From an uncultured delta proteobacterium (lineage in GTDB: Bacteria; Desulfobacterota; Binatia; UBA9968), in NCBI GenBank assembly GCA_963745035.1, contig CAVUVW010000005.1:128001-192000 (forward strand): a stretch of 64,000 nt of DNA, in the 5' to 3' direction. The position numbers and the translations under genes were made by a program. A model generated the notes under the pieces. The model did no database searches and was not told the origin of the DNA. It saw nothing but the letters and a program-made list of their open reading frames with translations. Of this stretch, positions 52,625 through 63,214 are shown in pieces; position 1 is the first letter of the stretch; each line of letters starts with the position of its first letter.

Positions 52625-53332
52625 ATGCAAACATTTCGTGAGCAGGTGGCTGTAGACGATAGCACGATGAATTTGTTTGTCGCCCGGCCGGATGGGGACA
52701 AGCCGTTGCCGGCTATCGTGGTGATCCAGCACCAGTACGGCGTCGATCAATTCATGGAAGAGATGACTGTGCGCACGGCCGGGGAAGGGTACTTCGCGGT
52801 GATGCCGGATCTGTATCATCGTGATGGTCCGGACTGTAAAGACGACGGGCCGACCCGGCGCGGACGGGCGCGCGACGTGAACATCATCAAAGATGTCGGC
52901 GCGACGGTGAGCTATTTGAAATCGAGCAAATTCGTCGATCCTGGCACGATCGGCATTCTCGGCTTCTGCATGGGCGGGCGAGTGGCGTACTTAATGGCCG
53001 CCGCCAGCAAAGATTTCAAAGCGGCGATCACTTGGTACGGCGGCAGTTGTTTTCGTCAGTGGGGCGAAGGCCCGACGCCCTTTGAGCGCACCGCGCAGAT
53101 CAATTGTCCGATTCAAGGCCACTTCGGCGAAACCGACGAGAATCCAACATTGGAGGACATGGCGAAGCTCGACGCCGAGTTGACGAAATATGGCAAGCCC
53201 CACGATTTTCACGTCTACAAAAACACCGGCCATTCCTTCATGGACCCGCACCATCCGGAAAAATATGTCGCGGAGTCGGACCGGCTATCATGGCAGCGCG
53301 GCATGGAGTTTTTGAAGAAGCATTTAGTTTGA
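52625..53332 (+). CDS. Dienelactone hydrolase family protein
   Basis: PDLYHR, GFCMGG, WYG, GETD, GHSF. Confidence 0.92.
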   Translation: MQTFREQVAVDDSTMNLFVARPDGDKPLPAIVVIQHQYGVDQFMEEMTVRTAGEGYFAVMPDLYHRDGPDCKDDGPTRRGRARDVNIIKDVGATVSYLKSSKFVDPGTIGILGFCMGGRVAYLMAAASKDFKAAITWYGGSCFRQWGEGPTPFERTAQINCPIQGHFGETDENPTLEDMAKLDAELTKYGKPHDFHVYKNTGHSFMDPHHPEKYVAESDRLSWQRGMEFLKKHLV

Positions 53333-53365
53333 ATAGGAGCGAAGAGCTCTCACGAAGTTGTATTC

Positions 53366-53445
53366 GCCCCCTTTGGCAAAGGGGGCTATGGGGGATTTCC
53401 GTAACCAATCAAATCCCCTTCAATCCCCCCTTTTTGAAAGGGGGA
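53366..53445. repeat. CCCCCTTT/AAAGGGGG-type REP doublet
   Basis: GCCCCCTTTG-G-CAAAGGGGGC, GGGGATTT...AAATCCCC, CCCCCTTT..AAAGGGGG. Confidence 0.65.
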
Positions 53446-53478
53446 ATTCAAGGGCAATGCGAAACTCGGAGGTTTTAG

Positions 53479-54469
53479 ATGCCGGAAAAACCCAAAATCA
53501 CATTCAGCACCAATCCCAATCCGCGCAATCGCGCGCTCATCGACGGGCTCGTGCCGATCGACGGCTACGATCTCGAGTACGTCGGCGACAAGTATACGCC
53601 GGGCGAGATGCACTATCGCTTCGTCCACGGCGAGTTCGATTTGGCCGAGATGTCGACGGCGACTTTGATGCGCGTCAAAGAAAAGGGCCAGCGCTTTCGC
53701 GCTTTGCCGGTATTTTTCCAGCGCGGGCCGCGGCAGAGAAATATTTTCTTATTGCGAGGGCAAGCTCAATCATCCGCGCGATCTCAAAGGCAAACAGATC
53801 GGCTGCTTTCGCTATGGCGCGACGGCGGTTTCCTGGGCGCGCGGTTTTCTGCTGGACGAATACGACGTCAAAACCACGGATGCCAGCCTGGTTCGTTTCC
53901 GGCAAGGAGGTTTACATCGGGAACGAGTTGCCGGTGAAGGTGGAGCGGCTCGACCCGCCGCCGCCGTTCGGCCAGGAGAAAATCCACCTGTCGAAGCTCC
54001 TCAGCGAAGGCAAACTCGCCGCCGCGATGGTTGCCGGCGATTCCGGTTATCCGGCTTATTCGGCGGCGGCTCGCTGCCCGGGGTCATGGGACAATATCCC
54101 GGGGTGAAGCCGATGTTCGAGGACACCGACGAGATCGTCCGCTATGTGAAGCGCACGCAGATTTATCCGATCATTCACATCATGGCGATGAAAGAGGAAA
54201 CCGCGGAGAAATATCCCGATCTGCCGGCAAAGCTGATCGAAGCATTCCGCGAAGCGAATCGACTCGCGCCGAAGTATTTCACTGCTAAAGATGCCGAGGG
54301 TTACGCCAAAGAGCGCGATCTGCTTGGTTACGATCCGTACGATTGCAGGTTGACGGAATCGGACAAGAAGAGCATCCAGGCGCTCAATCGCTATCAGATC
54401 GAGCATGGACTGGTGAAGAGGGAGATCCCGCTGGAAGACTTGTTCGTGAAGGAAGCGTTTAGAATGTGA
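53479..54469 (+). CDS. 4,5-dihydroxyphthalate decarboxylase-like protein (second copy), about 3 frameshifts
   Basis: ALIDG.V.IDG, EFDLAEMS, LPVF, PRDLKGKQIG, IYPIIH, DPY. Confidence 0.75.
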
Positions 54470-54473
54470 AGAA

Positions 54474-54503
54474 TGGAGTGATGGAGTGTTGGAGTAATGA
54501 AGT
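54474..54503. repeat. 8-bp TGGAGTRN tandem array
   Basis: TGGAGTGA TGGAGTGT TGGAGTAA TGAAGT. Confidence 0.65.
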
Positions 54504-54529
54504 CGTCTGGGTCCGGACGGTCGCTCCGA

Positions 54530-56384
54530 CTAGTCCGCCAGGGAACGGATCTCGGCGTCGGCGCGGCGCAAGCGACGAGCGAGCTCCCGGGCGATATTGC
54601 CGATCAGTTTTCTCTCGATCTCGGGGTGGCGCTTGGCCAGCTCCTGGAGCTTTGCCATGGGCAAAACATAGCAGCGCGCCGGCTCCTCGACGATCGCATC
54701 GGCGGAGCGAGTGCCGCCGTCGAGGAGCGCGAGTTCGCCGAAGACCAAGCCGGGGCTGATGGTGCTCAGGCGCTGGCGGCGCGAGCCGTTCTTGAGGCTG
54801 AGGCAGATGCTCACCTGTCCGGCGGCCAGAAGATATAGCGCGTTGGCCCTTTCTCCCTCGTGGATGATCACCGCGCCACGAGGGTAATCGGCTTCTTCCA
54901 CGATGGAGCCGAGCAATGTGATCTCCCGCTCGTCGAATCCCGACAGCACGTCCATGGCGCCGAGCGGAACCTGCCTGCATTCGGCCGGCTTCGTGGCTTG
55001 ATCGTGCAGTAGACGATTCTCGCACCATTCAAGAGCCGCATCGACGTCGACAAAAGTGCCCTCCGCTTCGGTGCCGCGTGACGCCTCCTTTTCGGGCTCG
55101 CTGCAGTCCGGCGCGCCGCTCAAGAGTAGCGTTTTGCCTCGCTGCGTTAGCATTTCCTGGGTTTGTAGCAGCAGCGCAGCGGCGCATTCGTCGATTTGCA
55201 ACACCCGCTTGAGGTCGAGGATGAGATAGGAAAATGAATCGATGACCGTCCATGATCTGCCGCAATACCCGCTCCATCGTGCCGAAGAATAGACTTCCTT
55301 GAAGCTCGAAGATGCAGATCGCGTCACCATCGCGGTTGAGAATCGCCTCTTCGGCATGGCTCCGGCGCCGCTTCGAGCGTATGGTGCTGCCTCGATAGAC
55401 GCGGCGCACTACGACGCCCACGGCGGAGCGGCTCTTGAACATATGGATCTTGAACCGCTCGGAGATTTCCTGGCAGACCTGGATGCCGCGCACGCTGTTG
55501 CCCTGATCGTCGAGCAGCGCTGAGAAAGTCCCGATGCCGAACTGGCCGGGCAGTACGGCGATGATGCCGCCGCCCACACCGCTCTTGGCCGGCAGCCCGA
55601 TGCGGTAGCTCCATTCTCCGGCATAGTCGTACATACCGCAGCTGTGCATTACGCTCAGGACGTTCTTCGCATAGCGTTCGTCGAAAGCTCGCGCGCCGGT
55701 TATCGGGTTGACGCCGTTGTTGGCCAAGGTCGCGGCCATCACCGCGAGGTCCCGGGCACTCACGAGGATCGCGCATTGCTGGAAATACAGATCGAGATGC
55801 TCCGTTACCGGCTCGTCGATCATGCCGGAGTTGAGCTCGAGGTAGCCGATGGCGCGGTTGCGATGGCCCGTGGCGCGTTCCGAAGCGTAGACCGAATCGT
55901 CGACTTCAAGCGGCCGGCCAGCCAAGGCGGAAAACTTGTCCAGCAAGCGTGTTACCCGCTCTTCGTAGTCCGCGCCCTTGATCAGCGCCGTCGTGGCGAT
56001 CGCTCCGGCATTGACCATCGGATTGAACGGCCGGTTGTGGCGCTCGTCGAAGACGATCGAATTAAACGCTTCGCCCGTGGGCTCCACGCCAACTTTTTCG
56101 AGCACATAATCGACGCCGCGGTCTTCAAGCGCGAAGCCGTAGACAAAGGGTTTGGAAATCGACTGGATCGTAAACTGATGGGCGCTGTCGCCGACCTCGT
56201 ACAGTTGGCCATCCGCCGTGACCAGGGCGATGCCGAAGAGCTTCGGGTCGGCGCTCGCCAGCTCGGGGATATAGGTCGCGACCTTGCCGTTAAAGTTTGT
56301 CCGATGCTTGGCGAAAATTTCTTCGAGGGACGAGAGGATCGGCGAGATAGCGGCGGTGCGGCAGCTGTTGTCGGACGGGTTCAT
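54530..56384 (-). CDS. glsA: Glutaminase A fused to STAS and cyclic-nucleotide-binding domains, frameshift near 55245
   Basis: GKVATYIPELA, IQSISKPF, NPMVNAGAI, GMYD..G, PAKSGVGGG, then LQGSLFFG/ILDLKRV (STAS) and FGELALL...RSA (cNMP). Confidence 0.9.
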
Positions 56385-56435
56385 GCAAGTAGGCTTGTAC
56401 TGCTCGATGCGCCAAGTTATGGCTTCGCCGCATAA

Positions 56436-56451
56436 AGCATCCGGCATGCCA
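56436..56451 (-). promoter_or_regulatory. Sigma-54 promoter candidate for the glutaminase gene
   Basis: Minus strand TGGCAT-GCCGG-ATGCT (GG-N10-GC), about 52 bp upstream of the ATG. Confidence 0.4.
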
Positions 56452-56644
56452 GCGATTAAAAAGTCGCCTAACCCGAGAATTGCCGTAAATTCCGGGACCG
56501 GAAGATGCGAGACAGCTCAGCTAAATTCGGCTGGACTATTTCTTGGGCAGAAGGTGACTTGAAAATGGGCAGACGAGACTAAATAGGCACTCGTGAATCA
56601 TCGACTGGAAGCAGCGGGCGTAGTGATCGTGGTGGAGGTTTCGA

Positions 56645-57001
56645 TCAACGTGGGCTTCTGATTTCCATTTCCAGGCCGTTGGGGTCCTTGACGAAAATGG
56701 TCGTGAGCTTGCCTGCCTCATCGCGATTCTCGCGCAGGATCTCCGCGCCTTTTTCTTTGAATTCTTTGGCGACCTGATCGATATCGTCGGTTACGTAGCC
56801 GTAGTGATGCACGCCGGCTGGGCCGGCGGACTCCATCAATTGTACGGAAGGCGAGCCGGCGATGCGCACGAAGCAGAACCCGTAGCCCGCGCTGCCCTTT
56901 CTGATCGGCGTCGCATGGCCGCCGAAGAATTTTTCGTAGAATTTGATCGATTCGGCGATATCTTTGGTGTAGATGGCCACGTGTTCGAGTTGATAGTTCA
57001 T
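56645..57001 (-). CDS. VOC (glyoxalase) family protein
   Basis: LEHVAI..KDI..SIKFY..FFG, HHYGY, FVKDPNG..MEI, SD GAGG. Confidence 0.85.
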   Translation of the reverse strand: MNYQLEHVAIYTKDIAESIKFYEKFFGGHATPIRKGSAGYGFCFVRIAGSPSVQLMESAGPAGVHHYGYVTDDIDQVAKEFKEKGAEILRENRDEAGKLTTIFVKDPNGLEMEIRSPR

Positions 57002-57048
57002 CGATACCTCCGATTGGTGAAGCCTAACCTTTGCAGATCCGGATAAGG

Positions 57049-58138
57049 TCAGCTCAGATTGATGACCGCTTTGACCACCGAGTAGCTCGCCATCGCCGCC
57101 ATCGCTTCGTTGATCTGATCCAGGGTGTAACTCTTGCTGATCATTTCTTCGAAGGGAAAGGTCTTGCGCCGCGTCGCCAGAAAATCGATCGCCTGCAGCC
57201 AGTGGCGCGGTTCGGCGGAGCGCACGGTGATGAAGAGCATTTCCTGGGGAATCTTTTCCACGGCGATGTTGGCCTTGCCGCCGGCGCCGATATTCAAATA
57301 GCGGCCGCCGCCGCGCAGCAACGTGAGGCCTTCGGGCACGGCCATGTTGTTGGCGACTTGAATGACGACGTCGGCGCCGCGCCCGTCGGTGTGGTCGCGC
57401 ACCCACTTGCGCCGCTCTTTCTCGTCGGTGACTTCTTCGAGATTGAGCACGGCATCCGCGCCCATGCGCTTGGTGACTTCCAAGACGATTCGCCGGCGCG
57501 CCGATGACCAGCACTTTCTTGGCGCCGTGATCTTTCGCCACAGCGGTGGCGAAGTTGCCGAGCGGGCCGCTGCCTTGAATGACGACCGTCTCATGGCTCT
57601 TGATCGCGCCCAAACGGTCGAAGCCGTGCATCACCGTGCGATAGGCGCAGGCCGAGGCCGCCGCCGAAGCGGAGGTCACTTCGTCGGGGACTTTGATGAT
57701 CAGACATTCCTTCGGCACGTACATGTATTCGGCGCAGCTCCCGAGCAGATACGGATGCTGATCGCTGCGGTTGTGTCCCCAGGAGGCGCGTCCCGGACAG
57801 ATGCAGGGCTGCAACGCCACGGCGCAGTAGTAGCAGGAGCCGCAGGCGACGTAACTCCAGACGATGCGATCGCCGCGCTTGACCGGCGTTGCCGAGAATA
57901 TCGGTGCGCTCGCCGGCGATGTCTTCGACGATAGCCGCACGGCTCGTGGCCGGTGATGATCGGCAAAGTATCGCCGTCACTCAGCGGCCCATGCCAGCGG
58001 TGCACGTCGGTGCCGCAGAGCGTCGATGCGGTGATTTTGACCAGCAGCGAGCCCGGATCGAGCTTGGGAATTTGCACCTGTCTCGATGGTCAGCGGTTTG
58101 TTGTGTTCGGTGATGACGGCGGCGCGGCAGGTATCCAT
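57049..58138 (-). CDS. Zinc-binding alcohol dehydrogenase, about 4 frameshifts
   Basis: LCGTDVH, GHE, CGSCYYC...C structural Zn site, QGSGPLG, GRGADVV. Confidence 0.88.
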
Positions 58139-58177
58139 GTAAATCCTCTATTGTGGCGGGCCATCGAGTTCGACGGC

Positions 58178-58210
58178 TTGAACAGTTTGAACGGCTTGAA
58201 CGATTTGAGC
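58178..58210. repeat. 9-bp tandem array (TTGAACNNN, reverse orientation of CGTTCAA)
   Basis: TTGAAC at 58178, 58187 and 58196, TTGAGC at 58205. Confidence 0.75.
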
Positions 58211-58222
58211 TCTTCAGTTCTA

Positions 58223-59309
58223 TCATAGCGGCAGTTTGTAAAACGTCTCCGCGTTGCGCCAGAGCATGGCGGCTTTGTCGTCCTCGCTGATCTCGTCGCT
58301 TTCCAGCAGCTCGCCGAGATCGTGCTTGCAGCTCTCGTTGGTCACTTCATGCGGAAAGTCGGACGAATAGAGGAAAGGCTTATTGCCGACGGTCTTGATC
58401 GCGAACGGCATGGTCAGCTCTTCGGTCTCGATGCCGAGGTAGAGGCGGCCGTCTTTAATCAGCTGTTTGATTTGCTTTGCCGGATCCTGTTCTTCGCGCA
58501 CGCCGAACTCGCCTTCGGGGATGTATTGGAAATGGGTCTCGTGCGAAGCGTGCAGTCGTTCGAGCAGGAGCAGCAGCCAGGCGATGCCGCCCTCGAGAAA
58601 GGCGATGCGCACGCGCGGGAAGCGCTCGAAGATGCCGTTGTAGAGAATATCGGCGCAGTTGATGGTCAGACCCCACGGATGTCCGAGGGCGTGCACCGGC
58701 ACGTACATGTTCATATGGTCCATGCCGAAGCGGTCGTGCGCGCCGCCGTGAACGGCGAGGCAGCAGCCGAGCCGGTTGGCTTCTTCATAGACCGGCCAGA
58801 ACTGTTTCGCGCCCAACGGCTGGGCGAGCCCGTTGGACGGCATCATGGCCCCGAGCATTCCCAGTTCGGTGACCGCGCGACGCAGCTCCTTGGCGGCTTC
58901 TTCGGGGTCCTGCATCGGAATAATCGCCATCGCCTTTGAAGCGCGGATTGAATTTGATGTAGGTCTCGGTCATCCAGTCGTTATAGGCTTTGCAGACCGC
59001 TACCGCGTAATCGCGGCTGACGATCTTGCCGTAGGAGAGCGCGAGAGTGGGATACATGACGGTCCATTCGATGCCGACGTCGTCGAGAAACTCGAGCCAG
59101 CCTTTGGGCCCTACCGGAGGGCGTTGGTCACGTTGCGGCGGTGTCTCGACGGCGCGCCCCGAATGCAGATGATCCAAGGGCGGAAAACAAATTCCCTTGC
59201 GCGCCGCGATCTCGCGGTAAGCGCCTTCCATGTGGGCGATGATTCCGGCGTTGTCTTCCATGATATGACCGTCGCCGTCGATGATTCGGCTGCTGAGCTT
59301 GGCTGACAT
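58223..59309 (-). CDS. Amidohydrolase_2 family protein, frameshift near 58935
   Basis: IDGDGH, YPTLAL, AVHGG, FLEGG, YSSDFPHE. Confidence 0.88.
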
Positions 59310-59560
59310 TTTTCAATACCCTCCTGACAATTGTGCGATGAACGGACAATCGACGATGTCTGTCTTTCTCCATTCTTATAATCTGACTCGGGGAGGCCGA
59401 TCAAGCGACCGGGGAGCAAAAACAGCGCTACGCCCGCTTCGGCGGGCGCGCACTCCGCTAAGCTGTTTTTCGCAATCGAAATGAAATATCTTCGAACGGT
59501 TGCAGGGCTGCGGCTGCTTGACCCGCGTAGATACGAAGCCAACAGAAAACGGGAGGCGTT

Positions 59561-59815
59561 ATGGCGGAAGAAACGGCGGAAGAAAAACTGGCACGCTTGG
59601 AGGCGGAGAACCAGGCGCTCAAGGCGCAGATCGATCGGCGTAAACCGGGCGAGCTGCGTTTGAAGATCAGTGAAAAGGGCGGCCTGTCGGTGTACGGCTT
59701 GGGAAGGTTTCCCGTCACGCTTTACAAGGAACAGTGGGCGAGGCTTTTGAACCATGCCGACGACATCAAACAATTTCTTCAAGATCACGATCACGAACTG
59801 AAAGCAAAGCAGTAG
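59561..59815 (+). CDS. Small conserved hypothetical protein with N-terminal coiled coil and PC4-like C-terminal motif
   Basis: SD GGAGG, LARLEAENQALKAQ, KISEKGGLSVYGLGRFPVTLYKEQW..LL..ADDI. Confidence 0.8.
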   Translation: MAEETAEEKLARLEAENQALKAQIDRRKPGELRLKISEKGGLSVYGLGRFPVTLYKEQWARLLNHADDIKQFLQDHDHELKAKQ

Positions 59816-60086
59816 GTTAGGCAACCGGTCGGAGCGCCCCATGCCGTCGGGGGCCGCGGCGGCGGCAAAACCCGCGATTTTTTCCAGTTCACCTGGGTCC
59901 GTATTCCGGCACGGCCGGGCCGGTGCGGTTTTTCGAGTGCCCAGATCACCGGTCCTGGCCATTGTTGATATTTGGCGGCTATTTCGAGTAAAAGACTACC
60001 CGGAGAATTGTTTTGGCAAATTCTCGGGGGAAGCGTAAAATGACCGGATATTGCGGGCAAAGCCGTCCGCGCTGCAGCACAACTCC

Positions 60087-63000
60087 ATGCGAACGCGAGA
60101 GAAGCTGATTATTCTTCTGGTCGGAGGCACCCTCATTTTGGGCGCGCTGATCTTCTTTGCTTTCCAGGACAACGAGGTCGAAGCAAATTACTTCCGCTGG
60201 CTCCTCGCCGACAAACTCAGTCGCGGCATGTCTTCGCCGGAAGGGTTCGTCTCCGATGAGTTTCCTTCCGGGACGATCTTCTACGGTGGTTTGGCGATTT
60301 TCGCGAGCATCATGACGATCGTCGTGCTCAAGATGGTCCGCTCCGGCGAGATTCAGGCGCTGCGCCAGCGACTGCGCGATTTGCGCCGCGAGAAGCACGA
60401 AACGCAAAGCGCCCTGGAAGAGCAGGTCTGGAAAGGCAAGACCGAGCGCCATGCGAAAGACTCGGTCATGCGCGATCTCGAATCGAGCATCGAGAAGATC
60501 GAAAGGCTGCTGAGCGAGCTGAGTGAAAAAGAGGGCGAATTAAAGGCGCGCGATGCCGAAATGATGGCGCTCAAGGCGAGCGCGGCGGAGGAAGCCGCGG
60601 CGGCGCTCTTGCCGGGAGCGGATCGACGGCTGGGTGACGAGCTCAGGCGCAGAAACGAGATCTTGCAGGCCAAGGATGCCGCGCTGAGAGACGTCGAACA
60701 GCGTTTCGCCGCCCGATCGCGCCTCTGGGAAAACCAGCTTCGGGAAAAGGACGGGCTGGTCAAAGAGCGGGAAGGCGAGCTGAGAAGCGTTCGCTCGGAG
60801 ATAGTGGAGCTCAACGGCCGGGTGGATCAACTCGAGAGCGCGCGGAAGCGCGCGGAAGAACGCCTGGACCAGGAACTGCGGCAAAAAAAGCAAGTGCTCG
60901 ACGCCGAGGCGCTGGCCAGACAAACCGAAGAAAAGCGCCTTGGCGAAACGATCAGAGGTCTGGAAACTCAATTGGGCGAGCGCGACAAGGCGCTCCGCCA
61001 GCGCGACGCGGAGATGAGCGGCATGCGCCGCCAACTTACGGAACTCGAGGCCGTTAAGGCGCGGACGGCCAATGAGATCGAGGACCTTTCCGCAAAGGCG
61101 CAGAAGGATCAGCAAGAGAAGGAGCGCGCGCTGCACGAGGTGCAGCAGCGGATGGGGATCCGGGTGCACGAGTTGCAGGAAGAGATCGGAAAGCGGGATC
61201 TTCTTCTGCAGACGCGCGACGACGAGCTCAAGTCTCTGAATGTGGAACTGAAGGCGGTAGCGCTGCGTTTAAGCGAGACGGCGGCCGCCAAGGTCCGGAC
61301 CGAAGAGGCGCTGCAGGAAGGCCTCAAGAATGAGAGACAGCAGCATGAGGCCGGAAAGCTCGAGTACCGCCAGCTCGAAGAGCGCTATCACACCGAAATC
61401 AAACTCTTGAAGGCTCATCTCAGCGAACGGGAGGAATTTCTCAAGCGCCGGGACGAAGAGGTGCGGTCTCTGGAGCAGCAGACCCACCAGGCGCTGCGGC
61501 GTCTCGAGGAGAACAGCTCGGCGCGCGAGCAGAGCGAGAAATCGCTGCGCGAAACGCTGGAAGAGCAGCAGCGGCAGAAACAGGCGAGCGAAGCCGCGGC
61601 GCGCAGCTTGGAACAACGCTACGGGGAAGAAGTTGCGGCTTTGAAGAAGCAGCTCCGGCAGCATGAGGAGGCACGCAAGGGGCGCGAGGAAGAAAACAAG
61701 GCGCTCAAAACCCAAGTGGCCTCGCTGGCCCAGCAGCTTGCGAAAGTCGGCTCGGCGAAGGAGCAAGCCGCGCAGCTTCTCCAGCAGTCGCTAAGAAGGA
61801 AAAGGCGGCGGTGCAGGCGAGCGATTCGGCCGTGCGCGAGATCGAAGAGGGATTCAAGGCTAAAATAGCCGCGCTCGAGACCCAACTGGCGGAACACCAG
61901 GATCTCGTCGGCAGCCGAGACACCGAGCTTGGCTCCCTGAAGGCGGAGCTTCTATCGCTCAACAGTAAGATGTCCGATCTCGCGACGGCCAAAGAGCGCG
62001 CCGAAAGCCTGTTCGAGGACGCGATCAGACAACAAAAGGAGGCAGCGCAATCCAAAAATGCCGGCATCAAGCAGCTCGAAGAGGATTTGAACGGGAAAAT
62101 CTGGAATCTGGAAACGAACCTTCGGGAAAAAGAAGAGCTGCTCCATCGCCGTGAAGCGGAAGTCAGCGGCATCAAGAACCAACTTGCCGAGTTGGCGACA
62201 GCGAAAGAGAGCGCGGCGCTGACTCTCCATGAGGACCTCAGAAAAAAAGACGAGTTGCTGCAAGTGAAGGAGGCGGCGCTTAGCGCTCTGGAAGAACGCT
62301 TCACTGCCGCAGTGCGCGCTCTGGAAAACGAGGTCCACGAGAAGCAGGAGCTCTTAGGCGCGCGGGAAGCCGAAGTCAAGTCGCTTTCGGCCAAACTCTA
62401 TAATCAGTCGGAGCATTTGGTCGACATCGAATCGTCGAAAGACAACGCCGCGCGAGCGCTGGAAGAGGAGCTTCGCCGTGCTAACGAGGTGGCGCGGTCC
62501 CAGGAGACAGCGCTGAAAGCGCTCGACGAGCGCCTCACCGGCCGTCTCCAATCCCTCCAAGGCCAGTTGAGCGAAAAGCAGGACCTGCTGGCGGCGCGGG
62601 ACTCGGAAGTCGACGCGCTCATGGCTAAAGTCGGCGAGCTTACCCAGAAACTGGGCGAAATCAACGTCGAGCGCGAGCGCTCGGATCGCCTGCTGCAGGA
62701 GGAGCTTCGCGAGAAAACCGCGCTGCTCGACTCTAACAAGTCTTCGATCGCCGAGTTGGAAGAGCGTTTCAGTGGCAGGATCGAGTCTCTTCAGCGCCAG
62801 ATTGCCGAGAGACAAAAGCTCCTGGAAAGCAGCGGCGCCGAGCTCGGCGATCTACGCACCGAGCTGAATGCGATGAGCGAGCGACTTAACGAGGCCGAGG
62901 CGGCTAAAGTAAAACTGGAAGGCTTGCTCGAGCAGGAACGCAGCAGCTCCGACAAGGCTCTCGTGTCGGCGCCCACTTTCGACGAAAACGGAGATGAACG

Positions 63001-63214
63001 AGCCAACGGCGAGCTGCGCGGCGTGGATACGCTGATGAGCGAGAGAGAGGAATTGCTCAAGGCGCGCGATAAATTGATTCAGAATCTGATGGGCGAGCTC
63101 AAAGAAAAAAAGACCCAGCTGGCCAAGCAGGAAATCGAGGTATGGAAGGGCATCGAACGACGCGATGCGTGGAAACACAGGCTGGCCAAAGTCGGTATCC
63201 GCCTGAAGGACTAA
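60087..63214 (+). CDS. Membrane-anchored giant coiled-coil repeat protein (~1040 aa), frameshift near 61797
   Basis: Two N-terminal hydrophobic helices, then E/K/R/L/Q-rich sequence with recurring R[DE]xE[LVM] every 71-78 aa. The two ORFs carry the same repeat. Confidence 0.8.

Noticed and set aside
53358-53478. N-terminal extension MYSPPLAKG... of ORF 53358-54107
   Set aside because: It is a translation of the CCCCCTTT repeat. The real gene starts at 53479 after GGAGG.
42545-59309. Pseudogene cluster or programmed frameshifting
   Set aside because: The indels are scattered with no shared slippery motif and catalytic residues are intact, so sequencing error is more parsimonious.
60087-63214. 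SMC or chromosome segregation ATPase call
   Set aside because: No Walker A/B, signature motif or hinge, and it has N-terminal TM helices.
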